From Acidimicrobiia bacterium (GTDB taxonomy: Bacteria > Actinomycetota > Acidimicrobiia > IMCC26256 > JACDBD01): DNA of 64,000 nucleotides. Of the stretch, positions 1 to 9,344 are shown in pieces (the first letter of the stretch is position 1; each line of letters opens with the position of its first letter). The DNA lies in the NCBI GenBank assembly GCA_035938395.1, contig DASZGY010000080.1:1188-65187 (forward strand). Direction: 5' to 3'. Both the position numbers and the translations under genes were made by a program. A model generated the notes under the pieces. That model saw only the letters and a list, made by a program, of their open reading frames with translations. It searched no databases and was not told the DNA's origin.

Positions 1-147
1 CGAGTGACATGGCTGGTGCTCCTTTGGTAGGGGGAGGGATCAGTCTCGTAGGTGGGACGGGAACGGAGGTGAAGCGATGTCGTCGGCTGTCGAGGGCGTG
101 GACTCCGCCCGGCGACAGAACTCATCGGGTCTCTTCTGCGTTCTACC

Positions 148-804
148 GTGGAGACGATGCACGAGCGCGAACACGGAGAGCAGCGGGTCGGCGCGACCGC
201 GCAGCCCGCCGAGTGGGACGCGAGGTACAGCGAGCGCGACGGGGCGATGTGGAGCGGGCGGCCGAATGGACGGCTCGCCGCCGAGGTCGCCGGCCTCACG
301 CCGGGTCCAGCGCTCGACGTCGGTTGCGGCGAGGGCGCCGACGCGATTTGGCTCGCACGGCGCGGCTGGAAGGTCACTGCGATCGACATCTCCGATGTCG
401 CCGTCAGCCGGGCGCGGGAGGCGTCCGAGCTGGCCGGCGCCAGGGTCGAGTGGGTCTGCGGGGACGCCCTGCAGACACCGTTCGCCACCCGCTCCTTTGA
501 CCTGGTGTCGCTGCAGTACCCCGCGCTGCCCAAGGCCGCCGGCGATGCTGCCGTGCGGGGGTTGCTCGACTCGGTGACCACTGGCGGGTTGCTGCTCGCC
601 GTATACCACGACCTTGACGACGAGCACGCCGAGCACATGAAGTCGCGGGGCGTCGACCCAGCGGACTACGTCGGGAGCGACGATCTCGGCCGTCTGCTCG
701 GCGACGACTTCACGGTCGAACTGCATGCGGTCGAGCGGCGCATCGACCCGCCGCCCGGCACCCCGCACGTGAGCGACGTCGTCCTGCGCGCCCGCCGTCG
801 CTGA
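148..804 (+). CDS. class I SAM-dependent methyltransferase
   Basis: 218-aa ORF with SAM-binding motif I (LDVGCGEGADAIWLA), then VTAIDIS and FDLVSLQY motifs. Strong GC3 bias. ATG at 157 is an alternative start. Confidence 0.85.
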   Translation: METMHEREHGEQRVGATAQPAEWDARYSERDGAMWSGRPNGRLAAEVAGLTPGPALDVGCGEGADAIWLARRGWKVTAIDISDVAVSRAREASELAGARVEWVCGDALQTPFATRSFDLVSLQYPALPKAAGDAAVRGLLDSVTTGGLLLAVYHDLDDEHAEHMKSRGVDPADYVGSDDLGRLLGDDFTVELHAVERRIDPPPGTPHVSDVVLRARRR

Positions 805-831
805 CCACGCCGCTGGTAACGGTTGCGCAAG

Positions 832-861
832 ACCGGCTCGGCTGAACGAGGCCGTGCCGGT
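832..861. terminator. GC-rich hairpin between convergent genes (candidate bidirectional terminator)
   Basis: ACCGGCTCGGC / GCCGTGCCGGT pairs at 10 of 11 positions (one T-T mismatch) around an 8-nt loop. It lies in the 95-bp gap between the stops at 804 (+) and 900 (-). There is no U-tract. Confidence 0.35.
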
Positions 862-899
862 ACGGACTCTGCTCTCAACGTGCCGAGCGCGAGGCCGGG

Positions 900-2147
900 T
901 CAGGCCTTCGCGGACGTGCCCGCAGTCGCGTCGAACACCCACGAGCTCGTGCCGCTGATGCGCATGAACGCGACCTCGGGCGGCTCCGGCGCCGGGTCGG
1001 CAGCGGCGTCGACCGCGACCTCGATCGCGACGCGCCCCTCTCGTACCGCCACATCGCCGAGCCGAGCCCGCGGCTCGATGGCCTGAGCCATCGCCTCGAC
1101 ACCACCGCGCTCGCCGCGCGCGAGGAGCCCGAGCCATCCGGGGTTGCCGGCGTCCAGCAGCCCGTCCGCGAGCGGGGTGAGATCGAGCCGGATCAGGTTC
1201 CCGTCGACGTCGACCTCGCGCTCGAAGCCGGGCGGGAACGCCGGCTGCAGTGCGAGCACGGTGGCCAGCGCGTCGATTCCGCCGTCCCCGAGGCCGAGCG
1301 CGCCGGCGAGCCGCTCGCTGGCCACCCAGCTCGCCGCCACCCACTGGCTGGCCATGATCTCGCGAGCAGTGTCGGCGCCGAGGCGATCCGCGATGGAGAG
1401 CTCGGCCGAGCTCGTCAGAAGGTGGACCTGCTCCTGGAACTCGCGCGCCACCGCGACGAGCGTGCCGTCCGACAGGTCGGCGAGGCGGAACGCCGGATCG
1501 AAGGGGCCGCGATAGTCGCGCTTCCCGCCCGACTCGCGGTCGGGTGGGCGCTCGTTGGGGACCGACGAGAGCGGGAGCTGGGCCACTCGCAGGGTGTGCG
1601 CGGCCGGGTCGATCGGCGTGTTCTGCGGATCGATGGTGATGGTCCAGTGGCAGTGCGGCTCGCGGTCCGCCGGGGTTCGCGGAGGGCGGTGGATGGGCCG
1701 GATCCGTGCCCGCGGGTTCGTGGCGACGGCGGTGCCGTCGAACGTCGGGTCCTCGATGTGGTGGCACATGCCGACGACGCGCGCCTCGCCGTGCGGCTCG
1801 ACGTCCATGAGCGCGCCGCAATGGTTCAGCCAGAATTCGCCGTGCCGGGCGTCGGTGAGCTCGTAGCCGACGCCCATGTACTGGTGGACGAACCCGACGT
1901 CGAGCTGGAGGCCCTTCATGATCGCCCCGACGTCGTCGCCGTCGATGCCCATCAGCCGCTGCATCCGTGCGGTGTACGTCGGGCTGGCACCGAGCCACTC
2001 GTCGATGGCGACGTCGTCGACGGCGTCGACCCCGGCGCGCACGGCGACCTGCGGCATCAACGCCCGGTCGATCAGATGGCCGACCATCATGTACTCGAGG
2101 ACCACCGGGACGAGCTGGTCTCGCGGCAGATCACCCAGTCCCGGCAC
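900..2147 (-). CDS. hypothetical protein, Cys/His-rich, unknown function
   Basis: Track ORF 900..2285 has coding-type GC3. Its Arg/Ser-rich 5' end approaches the divergent neighbour, so I trimmed the start to the in-frame GTG at 2147 (an ATG near 2090 is also possible). No family motif recognised. Clustered Cys/His: NHCGALMDVEPHG, GMCHHIEDP, PHCHWTI. Confidence 0.55.
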   Translation of the reverse strand: MPGLGDLPRDQLVPVVLEYMMVGHLIDRALMPQVAVRAGVDAVDDVAIDEWLGASPTYTARMQRLMGIDGDDVGAIMKGLQLDVGFVHQYMGVGYELTDARHGEFWLNHCGALMDVEPHGEARVVGMCHHIEDPTFDGTAVATNPRARIRPIHRPPRTPADREPHCHWTITIDPQNTPIDPAAHTLRVAQLPLSSVPNERPPDRESGGKRDYRGPFDPAFRLADLSDGTLVAVAREFQEQVHLLTSSAELSIADRLGADTAREIMASQWVAASWVASERLAGALGLGDGGIDALATVLALQPAFPPGFEREVDVDGNLIRLDLTPLADGLLDAGNPGWLGLLARGERGGVEAMAQAIEPRARLGDVAVREGRVAIEVAVDAAADPAPEPPEVAFMRISGTSSWVFDATAGTSAKA

Positions 2148-2217
2148 GTCGCATAACGTATGCAATCGTGACGACGGTCGGCCAGCCCGGTGACGGCGCG
2201 TGTGCGGACGTGACGAC

Positions 2218-3510
2218 GTGACCGTGCACGCCGAGGACCTGGTCCTCGTCTCCGTCGACGACCACATCTGCGAACCGGCCGACATGTTCGACGCCCACGT
2301 GCCGGACCGGTACCGCGACCGGATGCCCCGCGTCGTCGACGAGCCCGACGGCTCCCAGCAGTGGTTCTACGGCGACATCCGCGGCCGCAACCTCGGGCTC
2401 AATGCCGTGGCGGGAAAGCCTCCCGAGATGTTCAACGTCAACCCCATGCGGTACGAGGAGATGCGGCCCGGCTGCTACGACGTGCACGACCGCGTGCGCG
2501 ACATGTCGGCCGGCGGTCAGCTTGCCGGCCTCAACTTCCCGAACTGGACCGGCTTCTCGGGGCAGGTGCTCAACGCCGGCCCGGACCGCGACGTCAATCT
2601 CGTCATGATCAGGGCCTACAACGACTGGCACGTCGACGAGTGGTGCGGCGCCTACCCCGAACGGTTCATCCCGTGCGGCATCCTCCCGCTCTTCGACGTC
2701 GACGAAGCCGCCGCCGAGGTGCGTCGTCTCGACGACAAGGGCTGCCACGCGGTCACGTTCTCCGAGAACCCCGCCGGCCTCGGCATGCCGAGCATCCATA
2801 CCGACGCGTGGGACCCCCTGTTCGCGGCGTGCTCCGACACGGGCACGGTCCTCTGCTGCCACGTGGGGTCATCGTCGAAGAGCGCATCGACCGCGCCCGA
2901 CGCGCCGCCGCCGGTCCCGATGAACCTTTCCTCGGCGATGAGCATCTTCACCCTCGGCGACCTGCTCTGGGCCGACTTCTGGCACCGGTTCCCGAAGCTG
3001 CGTTTCGCGCTCACCGAGGGCGACATCGGTTGGATCCCGTACTTCCTCCAGCGAGGCGAGCACACCCTCGACCGGCACAACGCCTGGATGGGCCACGAGC
3101 AGCCGCAGGGCCTCCGGCCGGGCGAGCTGTTCCGCGAGCGCATCCTGTGCTGCTTCATCGAGGACCGGGTCGGGGTGAAGCTGCTCGACGAGTTCAACGT
3201 CGACAACGTCTGCTGGGAGTCCGACTACCCGCACTCCGACAGCTCGTGGCCCTCCGCGCCCGAGCGGCTGGAGACGCTGCTCGCGGACCTCGACGCCGAG
3301 GTCGTCGCCAAGCTCACCCATGCCAACGCGATGCGGCACTACCAGTTCGACCCGTTCCGCACGCGCCCGCCGGAGCGCTGCACGGTCGCCGCGCTGCGGG
3401 CCGAAGCCGCCGACGTCGACACGGTCACGCACGTCGGCCGCCGCGCCGACGACCGTGATCTGGCGACGTGGAAGCAGATGACCGGGGCCGCGGCGCGACC
3501 CCGGTCTTGA
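2218..3510 (+). CDS. amidohydrolase-2 (ACMSD-like metal-dependent hydrolase) family protein
   Basis: N-terminal LVSVDDHICEP metal-ligand region, NDWHVDEW, and C-terminal CWESDYPHSDS motif typical of the actinobacterial amidohydrolase_2 family. Start chosen at GTG 2218 (track start 2200). Confidence 0.85.
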   Translation: MTVHAEDLVLVSVDDHICEPADMFDAHVPDRYRDRMPRVVDEPDGSQQWFYGDIRGRNLGLNAVAGKPPEMFNVNPMRYEEMRPGCYDVHDRVRDMSAGGQLAGLNFPNWTGFSGQVLNAGPDRDVNLVMIRAYNDWHVDEWCGAYPERFIPCGILPLFDVDEAAAEVRRLDDKGCHAVTFSENPAGLGMPSIHTDAWDPLFAACSDTGTVLCCHVGSSSKSASTAPDAPPPVPMNLSSAMSIFTLGDLLWADFWHRFPKLRFALTEGDIGWIPYFLQRGEHTLDRHNAWMGHEQPQGLRPGELFRERILCCFIEDRVGVKLLDEFNVDNVCWESDYPHSDSSWPSAPERLETLLADLDAEVVAKLTHANAMRHYQFDPFRTRPPERCTVAALRAEAADVDTVTHVGRRADDRDLATWKQMTGAAARPRS

Positions 3511-3517
3511 TCGCCGC

Positions 3518-4291
3518 ATGAACCGGGACCAGCTGCGATCCCTGTTCGACCTGACGGGTCGGGTCGCGATCGTCACCGGCGGAACTCGTGGGATCGGCCG
3601 ATCGATCGCCGAGGGCTTCGCCGCCTCCGGCGCCCGTGTGGCCGTCGCAAGCCGCAAGGCCGACGCGTGTGAAGAGACCGAGGCGGCGCTGCGTGCCATG
3701 GGCGGCGACGCGATCGGCGTGCCCACGCATGTCGGCGACCTGGAGGGCCTCGCCGCGCTCGTCAATCGCACGGTCCACGAGTTCGGCCGCCTCGACATCG
3801 TCGTCAACAACGCCGCCACGCCGTTGCGCGAAGACCTCGGCCGGTTCACGCCCGAGGCGTACGAGAAGGCGATGGAGGTGAACCTGCGAGGCCCCGTCTT
3901 CCTCGTGCAGGAGGCACTCCCCCACCTCCGCAGCAGCCCGTTCGCGGCGGTGATCAATGTGATCTCCGCGGGCGCGTTTCTCCCCTCGCCGTTCATCGCG
4001 ACGTACGGGGCAACGAAGGCAGCGCTCTTGTCGTTCACCCGGTCGATGGCCGAAGAGTTCGCCCCCCTCGGGATCCGTGTGAACGCCCTCGCTCCCGGTG
4101 CGGTCGACACGGAGATGATGCGCAAGAACTCCCCCGAAGCTCAGGAGCAGATGGCCCAGGCGAGCTTCCAGCGCCGTATGGCGCATCCCGACGAGATCGT
4201 GGGGCCGGCGTTGTTCTTGGCCTCCGACGCGGCCAGCTTCGTCACCGGGCAGGTGCTGATCGCCGACGGCGGCCTCGTCGCCGCGCGCTGA
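3518..4291 (+). CDS. SDR family oxidoreductase
   Basis: TGGTRGIGRSIA cofactor motif, NNAA, and catalytic YGATKAAL (YxxxK). Starts 7 bp after the amidohydrolase stop. Confidence 0.9.
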   Translation: MNRDQLRSLFDLTGRVAIVTGGTRGIGRSIAEGFAASGARVAVASRKADACEETEAALRAMGGDAIGVPTHVGDLEGLAALVNRTVHEFGRLDIVVNNAATPLREDLGRFTPEAYEKAMEVNLRGPVFLVQEALPHLRSSPFAAVINVISAGAFLPSPFIATYGATKAALLSFTRSMAEEFAPLGIRVNALAPGAVDTEMMRKNSPEAQEQMAQASFQRRMAHPDEIVGPALFLASDAASFVTGQVLIADGGLVAAR

Positions 4292-4314
4292 CAGTCCTCT
4301 ACGCTTGTGAAGTA

Positions 4315-4545
4315 GTGAAGGGCGATCGAGTGGAGATCCTCGTCGACACGGGGAACGAGGTGCGCGGCTTCGAGGTGGTCGCCACCCGCGAAGGTCGTCG
4401 GGTCGACGTGGTCATCGCCCGGGGAACCATCGAGGTGGCCGAGGTCACCCGCGGCGGTCAGGTGGTGCGCTCGTCCCGCTTCATGGCCAGCAGGGTGGTC
4501 GCCGTCGTCGAGCATCCCGCCTCGCAGGACGCCCCCTCGGGTTGA
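4315..4545 (+). CDS. small hypothetical protein (76 aa, beta-rich)
   Basis: GTG-start ORF 23 bp after the SDR stop. GC3 is very high across the whole ORF. No recognisable motif. Confidence 0.5.
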   Translation: MKGDRVEILVDTGNEVRGFEVVATREGRRVDVVIARGTIEVAEVTRGGQVVRSSRFMASRVVAVVEHPASQDAPSG

Positions 4546-4563
4546 CGGGACGCCCCCGCCGGC

Positions 4564-5019
4564 TCAGGACCGGGTGTCCTCGAGCCACTCGGGCATGTCG
4601 ATCGGCGGGTTCGGGAGCTGGCGGACGCCCCGCTCGGCGAGGAACCGCTCGTACCCGTCGAGGTCGGCCGGAAAGGACCGTGGGTCGCCCATCATCACCT
4701 CGAAGAGGGTGACGCCCTGCGGGCCCGCCACGAAGGGGCCGAACGTGTCGCCCTGGTCGAGCGCCAGATGGGTGCCGGCGGGGCAACGGACGTCGCCGCA
4801 GGTCATCTCGCCCGCGACGACGAACACGACGTGGTTGCTGTTGTGGCCGTGCGGCTGCACGATCATCCCGGGGTCCCACTCGGCGTAGAGGGAGAGGAAG
4901 CGGGGCGAGAAGTCCAGCCACTTCTCACGCACCGAAGCCGTCCGGTCGCCGTGCTGCTGACGGCGCACCTCTTGCCACCCGAAATCGTCCAGATGTCGGA
5001 TACGCGGGCCACCGGGCAT
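4564..5019 (-). CDS. cupin domain protein
   Basis: Cupin motif 1-like QPHGHNSNHVVFVVAGE, then a second beta-barrel motif region (GTHLALDQGDTFGPF). Confidence 0.75.
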   Translation of the reverse strand: MPGGPRIRHLDDFGWQEVRRQQHGDRTASVREKWLDFSPRFLSLYAEWDPGMIVQPHGHNSNHVVFVVAGEMTCGDVRCPAGTHLALDQGDTFGPFVAGPQGVTLFEVMMGDPRSFPADLDGYERFLAERGVRQLPNPPIDMPEWLEDTRS

Positions 5020-5115
5020 GAATCCCCCTCGTGTGAGCGCCTCGTGACGAGGCTAGCGACCGGCAAATCCGCCGGCCTCATGAACAATTCATGATCGCCT
5101 TGCGATGGTGGCGGT

Positions 5116-6765
5116 GTGTCGACGAGCACGTATACGCGTGTCTCGACGACTCCGGCGCGCGGCGAGGTGCCCACCCCATCTCGCCCGCGTCGGGCTTTCG
5201 CTCCGGTCTGGTGGGCCGTCCTGGGCATCATGCTGGTGTCGCTCGGTCTCGAGTGCTGGGCGGTGACCCACGACCTGCCCTACCCGGGCGTGGACGAGCC
5301 GGTGTTCGTCAAACCGGCGGTCCACATGGCGTCCACCGGCGACCTCGACCCGCACTGGTTCGGCCACCCGGGCTCGACGATGATCTACCCGCTCGCCGGC
5401 ATCTACCACTCGTGGGACGCGGTCGCCCACGGCGGGCCCGTGTTCTCGGCGGATCCGACCCTCGCGCACCGCTTCGCGGCCGACCCCGGGACCTTCTACC
5501 TGATCGGCCGGCTGTGGTCGATCGCCTTCGCGGTCGGGGCGATCCCGCTGATCTTCCTGCTCGGGCGCCGTTGCTTCTCGACCCGTGTCGGCCTGGCGGG
5601 CGCGGCCCTGTGGGCGGTGATCCCGTTGTGGGTCTCCTACGGGCGCATTGTGCGCACCGACAGCGCCGGCGTGTTCTTCGCTCTCCTCGCGCTGCTCTTG
5701 ATACTGCGGCTCTTGGAGCGCGCGTCGCTTCGCGATCAGGTTCTCGCCGGCGCCGCGGTCGGGGTCGGGATCTCGACGCGCTACTTCCTGGTGACACTCC
5801 TCGCCGCGCTCGTCGCGGCCGGCATCGTGGCGCTCCGCCGGCACGCGCCCGGGGCGTCGGTCCGCGGGATCGCCGCCGGCGTCGGCGCCGCGGTCGCGGC
5901 GTTCGTTTTGACGACGCCGTACTTCCTTCTCGACTGGTCCACGGCCCGCCTCAGCCTGACAAAGGAGAACGCCTCACACGTCGGCCACGACGGTCTCTCC
6001 CCGGTCGGCAATCTCTGGTGGTACCTCAGGGACGCGATCCCCGGCGTGATCTCGTGGCCCGTCGCGTTGCTCGCGGTGGTCGGCATCGCCTTCGCCGTCG
6101 TCCACCGGCGCGATCCACGCCGGCTCGTCCTGCTGGTGGCAGGGGCGACGTTTCTCGTCGCAATCAGCATGTCGACGCTGCACTGGGACCGCTGGCCGCT
6201 CCCGATCCTCCCCGTCCTCGTGCTCTTCGCGGTGGACGGGCTCGTGCGACTCACGTCGGCTCTCGATGCGCGAGTCGGCCGCCACGCGCTGGCGCCGGCG
6301 TTCGCAGTCGCCGGCATCGCGCTCGTCGCCTTCCTGCCCGCAAAGGAGGTGGTCCAGCTGAACATGCGCGAGTCGAAGCCGAGCACGCGCGTGGTCGCGC
6401 GCCAGTGGATCGAGAAGAACGTCCCCGAGGGCAGCATGGTGGTGCGAGAGCTGAAGACGGCGCCCCTGAACGACACCGATCTTCGGTGGGCCTCGCGATT
6501 CTCGCTGCCATACGGCGGCTGGACGCTCGACCGGTACCGCCTCGACGGCTTCCAGTATTTCGTCACCAACGGCAGCATCAGCGGCGCGTACACGACTCAG
6601 CCCCGCCACTACCCGTCGGAAGCGCTCCTCTACCGCCAGCTCCGACAGCAGGGCTGCCTGCTGCATGTGTTCCGTCCCAACGATCAGCGGGACGGCCCGA
6701 TCATCCGCGTGTACGAGCTCCGGCCCGCCGGCGGCCTCATCTGCGGGTCGACGTTCGCGGCCTAG
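5116..6765 (+). CDS. GT-C fold glycosyltransferase (family 39 / ArnT-PMT-like), polytopic membrane protein
   Basis: About 10 hydrophobic segments. First-loop acidic motif YPGVDEPVF is typical of ArnT/PMT-like enzymes. Soluble C-terminal domain. Confidence 0.75.
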   Translation: MSTSTYTRVSTTPARGEVPTPSRPRRAFAPVWWAVLGIMLVSLGLECWAVTHDLPYPGVDEPVFVKPAVHMASTGDLDPHWFGHPGSTMIYPLAGIYHSWDAVAHGGPVFSADPTLAHRFAADPGTFYLIGRLWSIAFAVGAIPLIFLLGRRCFSTRVGLAGAALWAVIPLWVSYGRIVRTDSAGVFFALLALLLILRLLERASLRDQVLAGAAVGVGISTRYFLVTLLAALVAAGIVALRRHAPGASVRGIAAGVGAAVAAFVLTTPYFLLDWSTARLSLTKENASHVGHDGLSPVGNLWWYLRDAIPGVISWPVALLAVVGIAFAVVHRRDPRRLVLLVAGATFLVAISMSTLHWDRWPLPILPVLVLFAVDGLVRLTSALDARVGRHALAPAFAVAGIALVAFLPAKEVVQLNMRESKPSTRVVARQWIEKNVPEGSMVVRELKTAPLNDTDLRWASRFSLPYGGWTLDRYRLDGFQYFVTNGSISGAYTTQPRHYPSEALLYRQLRQQGCLLHVFRPNDQRDGPIIRVYELRPAGGLICGSTFAA

Positions 6766-8121
6766 CTAGCCGGCCGCGGCGATCACCTCGCCGGCGGCGC
6801 GTTCGCCCGACTGCACCGCGCCATCCATGTAGCCGCTCCAGACCGTCGCCGTCTCGGCGCCCGCCCAGTGGAGACGGCCCACCGGCGCCCGCAGTACTGG
6901 CCCGTACTGCGTCCACACACCCGTCGGGAAGTGGGCGCCGTAGCACCCACGGGTCCACTCCTCCTCCGACCAGTCCAGCTCGGCGTACTCGACGGGGTTG
7001 GCGGCCTGAGGTCCGAAGAACTCGACGAGCGAGCCGATCACAGCGGCGCGGCGCTCGTCGGGGCGGACGCGGTTGAGCTGCCGCGCGGCGGCGCCCTCGA
7101 GGAACGCGAGCAGCACACCGGGCGTGCCCTCGGGCGGAGAGTTGTCGAACACGACCTTGGCGGGCCCGCGGTCACCGGTCGCCTGGCCGGTGAGCCCCGC
7201 ATCACGCCAGAACGGCGCGTCGTACACCGCGTGGCACTTGATCACCGAACCGGCTGGCACCCGCTGGGTGAGCTGATCGCGCCGCGCGGGCAACGGCGGG
7301 TCGTACGCGATCCGGCCCGCCAGCGTGGGCGGGACGGCGACGATCACCCGCGCGGCAGCCACGTCCACACCGTCCGCGTGGACTCTCGCCCCGCTGGTTC
7401 GCTGCTCGATCCTCCGAACGGGCACACCGAGCCGGACACGGTCGCCGAGCTGGTCGGCGAGGCGGAGCGGGACGACCTGCGAGCCGCCGACGAACCGGTC
7501 CTGCTGCGCGCCACCGGCCGTGCCCGCGAGCGCGTCGACGCCCCCACCCGAGTGCGTATAGAAGAGCGCGTGCAGCAGCGAGAAGTCCGACGCCTCGGCG
7601 GCGAAGACCCCCTCGGCGAACAGCCGCAGCATCTCTCGTCCGGACCCGGTGCGCGCGTTGCGTTGTATCCAGGTCTCGAACGTCTGCGCATCCAATTGCC
7701 GGGCGCGATCGGCGGCCCACGGCACTTCGAGCGGCACGTGCCGGGCGAGGCGATCGAAGCGAGCCTGCGCCTGCCCGATGTCGGCGAGCACGAGCGGGCC
7801 GAGACTCGGACGCGTCCGGTAGCGGAACGGTTTGTCGCGCAGACGCAGCAGATGCTCCCCCGCGTTGTACGTGGGGAACGTCTCGAGCCCGAGCTCGGCG
7901 GTGAGCTTCGCCATGCGGAGCTGCGCCGGGCCGATCCACTGCCCACCGAGCTCGACAACGGTGCCATCGGAGAGCGTGTGGTTGAGGACCCGGCCGCCGA
8001 CGCGGTCACGGGCCTCGAGCACCACGACCTCTTTGCCTGCGGTGACGAGCTCCCGCGCCGCGACCAATCCCGCGATCCCGGCACCGACGACAGCCACGTC
8101 GGCCTCTCTGCGCTCCGCCAC
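6766..8121 (-). CDS. FAD-dependent amine oxidase (flavin monoamine oxidase family)
   Basis: DVAVVGAGIAGLVAARELVTAGKEVVVLEARDRVGGR dinucleotide-binding motif. C-terminal LHWAGAETA...GYMDGAVQSGERAA amine-oxidase signature. Start trimmed to the in-frame GTG at 8121, just upstream of the FAD motif. Confidence 0.85.
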   Translation of the reverse strand: MAERREADVAVVGAGIAGLVAARELVTAGKEVVVLEARDRVGGRVLNHTLSDGTVVELGGQWIGPAQLRMAKLTAELGLETFPTYNAGEHLLRLRDKPFRYRTRPSLGPLVLADIGQAQARFDRLARHVPLEVPWAADRARQLDAQTFETWIQRNARTGSGREMLRLFAEGVFAAEASDFSLLHALFYTHSGGGVDALAGTAGGAQQDRFVGGSQVVPLRLADQLGDRVRLGVPVRRIEQRTSGARVHADGVDVAAARVIVAVPPTLAGRIAYDPPLPARRDQLTQRVPAGSVIKCHAVYDAPFWRDAGLTGQATGDRGPAKVVFDNSPPEGTPGVLLAFLEGAAARQLNRVRPDERRAAVIGSLVEFFGPQAANPVEYAELDWSEEEWTRGCYGAHFPTGVWTQYGPVLRAPVGRLHWAGAETATVWSGYMDGAVQSGERAAGEVIAAAG

Positions 8122-8148
8122 GGGGGCCAGCGTACGTAGTGTCGGCCC

Positions 8149-8802
8149 ATGCCGCCGGTGGCTGGTGTGGACGGATGTCGGGCGGGGTGGATCGTGGTCC
8201 ACAACCGGCGCGCGGCTGTCCTCCCCGACTTCGCCGCCGTTCTCGCGACGTTGCCCGACGATGCCGTCATCGCCCTCGACATGCCGATCGGGTTGGTCGA
8301 CGAGCACGAGCCCGGCGGGCGGGACGTCGACCGGGCCGCACGGGTGCAGCTCGGCCGGAAGCGCAGCTCGGTGTTCTCGGCACCGCCACGGTGCGCGCTC
8401 GGGGCACGGACGCTGCCCGACGCCCGGCGTCACGGCGCGCGGCTCACGCTGCAGACACTGAACCTTCTCCCGCGCATCGAGGACGTCGACTCCGTCATGA
8501 CGCCCGACCTCCAGTCGCGCGTCTTCGAGGTGCACCCGGAGCTGAGCTTCGCGGCGATGAACGGTGACGATCCGGTGCGGGCGCCGAAGCGGAGCGCGAT
8601 CGGTTCGAAAGAACGCCGAGCGTTGCTGGAACGAGCCGGCGTCATAGTGCCGGCACGTCCCGCCGGCGCGGCCCTCGACGATCTGCTCGACGCGTGTGCG
8701 CTCGCGTGGAGCGCGCGCCGCATTGCCCGTGGAGCAGCCCGACGTATCCCCGACCGGCCCGCGTGCGACGCGCGCGGCCTGCGCATGGAGCTCCGATGGT
8801 GA
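8149..8802 (+). CDS. DUF429 domain protein
   Basis: N-terminal VAGVDGCRAGW and DMPIGL motifs as remembered for DUF429 (predicted RNase H-like fold). Its stop overlaps the next gene's start. Confidence 0.7.
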   Translation: MPPVAGVDGCRAGWIVVHNRRAAVLPDFAAVLATLPDDAVIALDMPIGLVDEHEPGGRDVDRAARVQLGRKRSSVFSAPPRCALGARTLPDARRHGARLTLQTLNLLPRIEDVDSVMTPDLQSRVFEVHPELSFAAMNGDDPVRAPKRSAIGSKERRALLERAGVIVPARPAGAALDDLLDACALAWSARRIARGAARRIPDRPACDARGLRMELRW

Positions 8803-9344
8803 ACTTCCGCACGGTCGGGCACGGGACGCTGCCGGCGGACGACCTCGCGGCGTTGATCACCGGCGCGGGCATCGAGATCATCGTCGACGTGCGCTCCTTC
8901 CCCGCCAGCCGGCGCAATCCGCAATTCCGCCGCGAAGCGATGGAACGGTGGTTGCCCGACGCCGGTGTCGCGTACCGGTGGGAGCCGCGCCTCGGTGGAC
9001 GCCGGCGCCCGCGGCCCGATTCGCCCAACGGCGCGCTCCGCGTCCCCGCCTTCCGGGGTTACGCCGACCACATGGAGACGGCGGAGTTCCGGGACGCCGT
9101 CGACGAGCTTCTTGCCGAGGCCGGGACGCGCCCCGCCGCCGTGATGTGTGCCGAGAGCCTGTGGTGGCGCTGCCACCGCCGCCTTCTGGCCGACGCGGCC
9201 GTGCTGCTGCGCGGGGCCGCCGTCGAGCATCTCTTCCACGACGGCCGGCTCGACCAGCACCGGCCGACGGCGGAAGCACGTGTCGACGGGCGGCGCCTCG
9301 TCTACGACGGGGGCGAACCGGGGCTGCCTCTGCGAGACTCCTGA
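8796..9344 (+). CDS. DUF488 domain protein
   Basis: FRTVGHG...VDVRSFPASRRNPQF...CAESLWWRCHR pattern characteristic of DUF488. ATG at 8796 overlaps the DUF429 stop (ATGGTGA). Confidence 0.8.
   Translation: MVNFRTVGHGTLPADDLAALITGAGIEIIVDVRSFPASRRNPQFRREAMERWLPDAGVAYRWEPRLGGRRRPRPDSPNGALRVPAFRGYADHMETAEFRDAVDELLAEAGTRPAAVMCAESLWWRCHRRLLADAAVLLRGAAVEHLFHDGRLDQHRPTAEARVDGRRLVYDGGEPGLPLRDS

Noticed and set aside
1-10. Possible minus-strand gene start at the left edge: AAAGGAG, 8 nt, then ATG at position 10 reading out of the window.
   Set aside because: Only three codons lie inside the window, so it cannot be evaluated.
40-1998. Very long ORFs antisense to, or out of frame with, recognisable genes. 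Examples: 40..1998 (-), 5091..7076 (+), 12694..14904 (+), 16101..18095 (-), 17942..19549 (-), 28625..29200 (-), 38933..40864 (-).
   Set aside because: Their translations are Arg/Pro/Ala/Gly-rich low-complexity strings without motifs. They overlap genes with clear family signatures on the other strand or frame. Stop-codon scarcity at about 70% GC produces such ORFs by chance.
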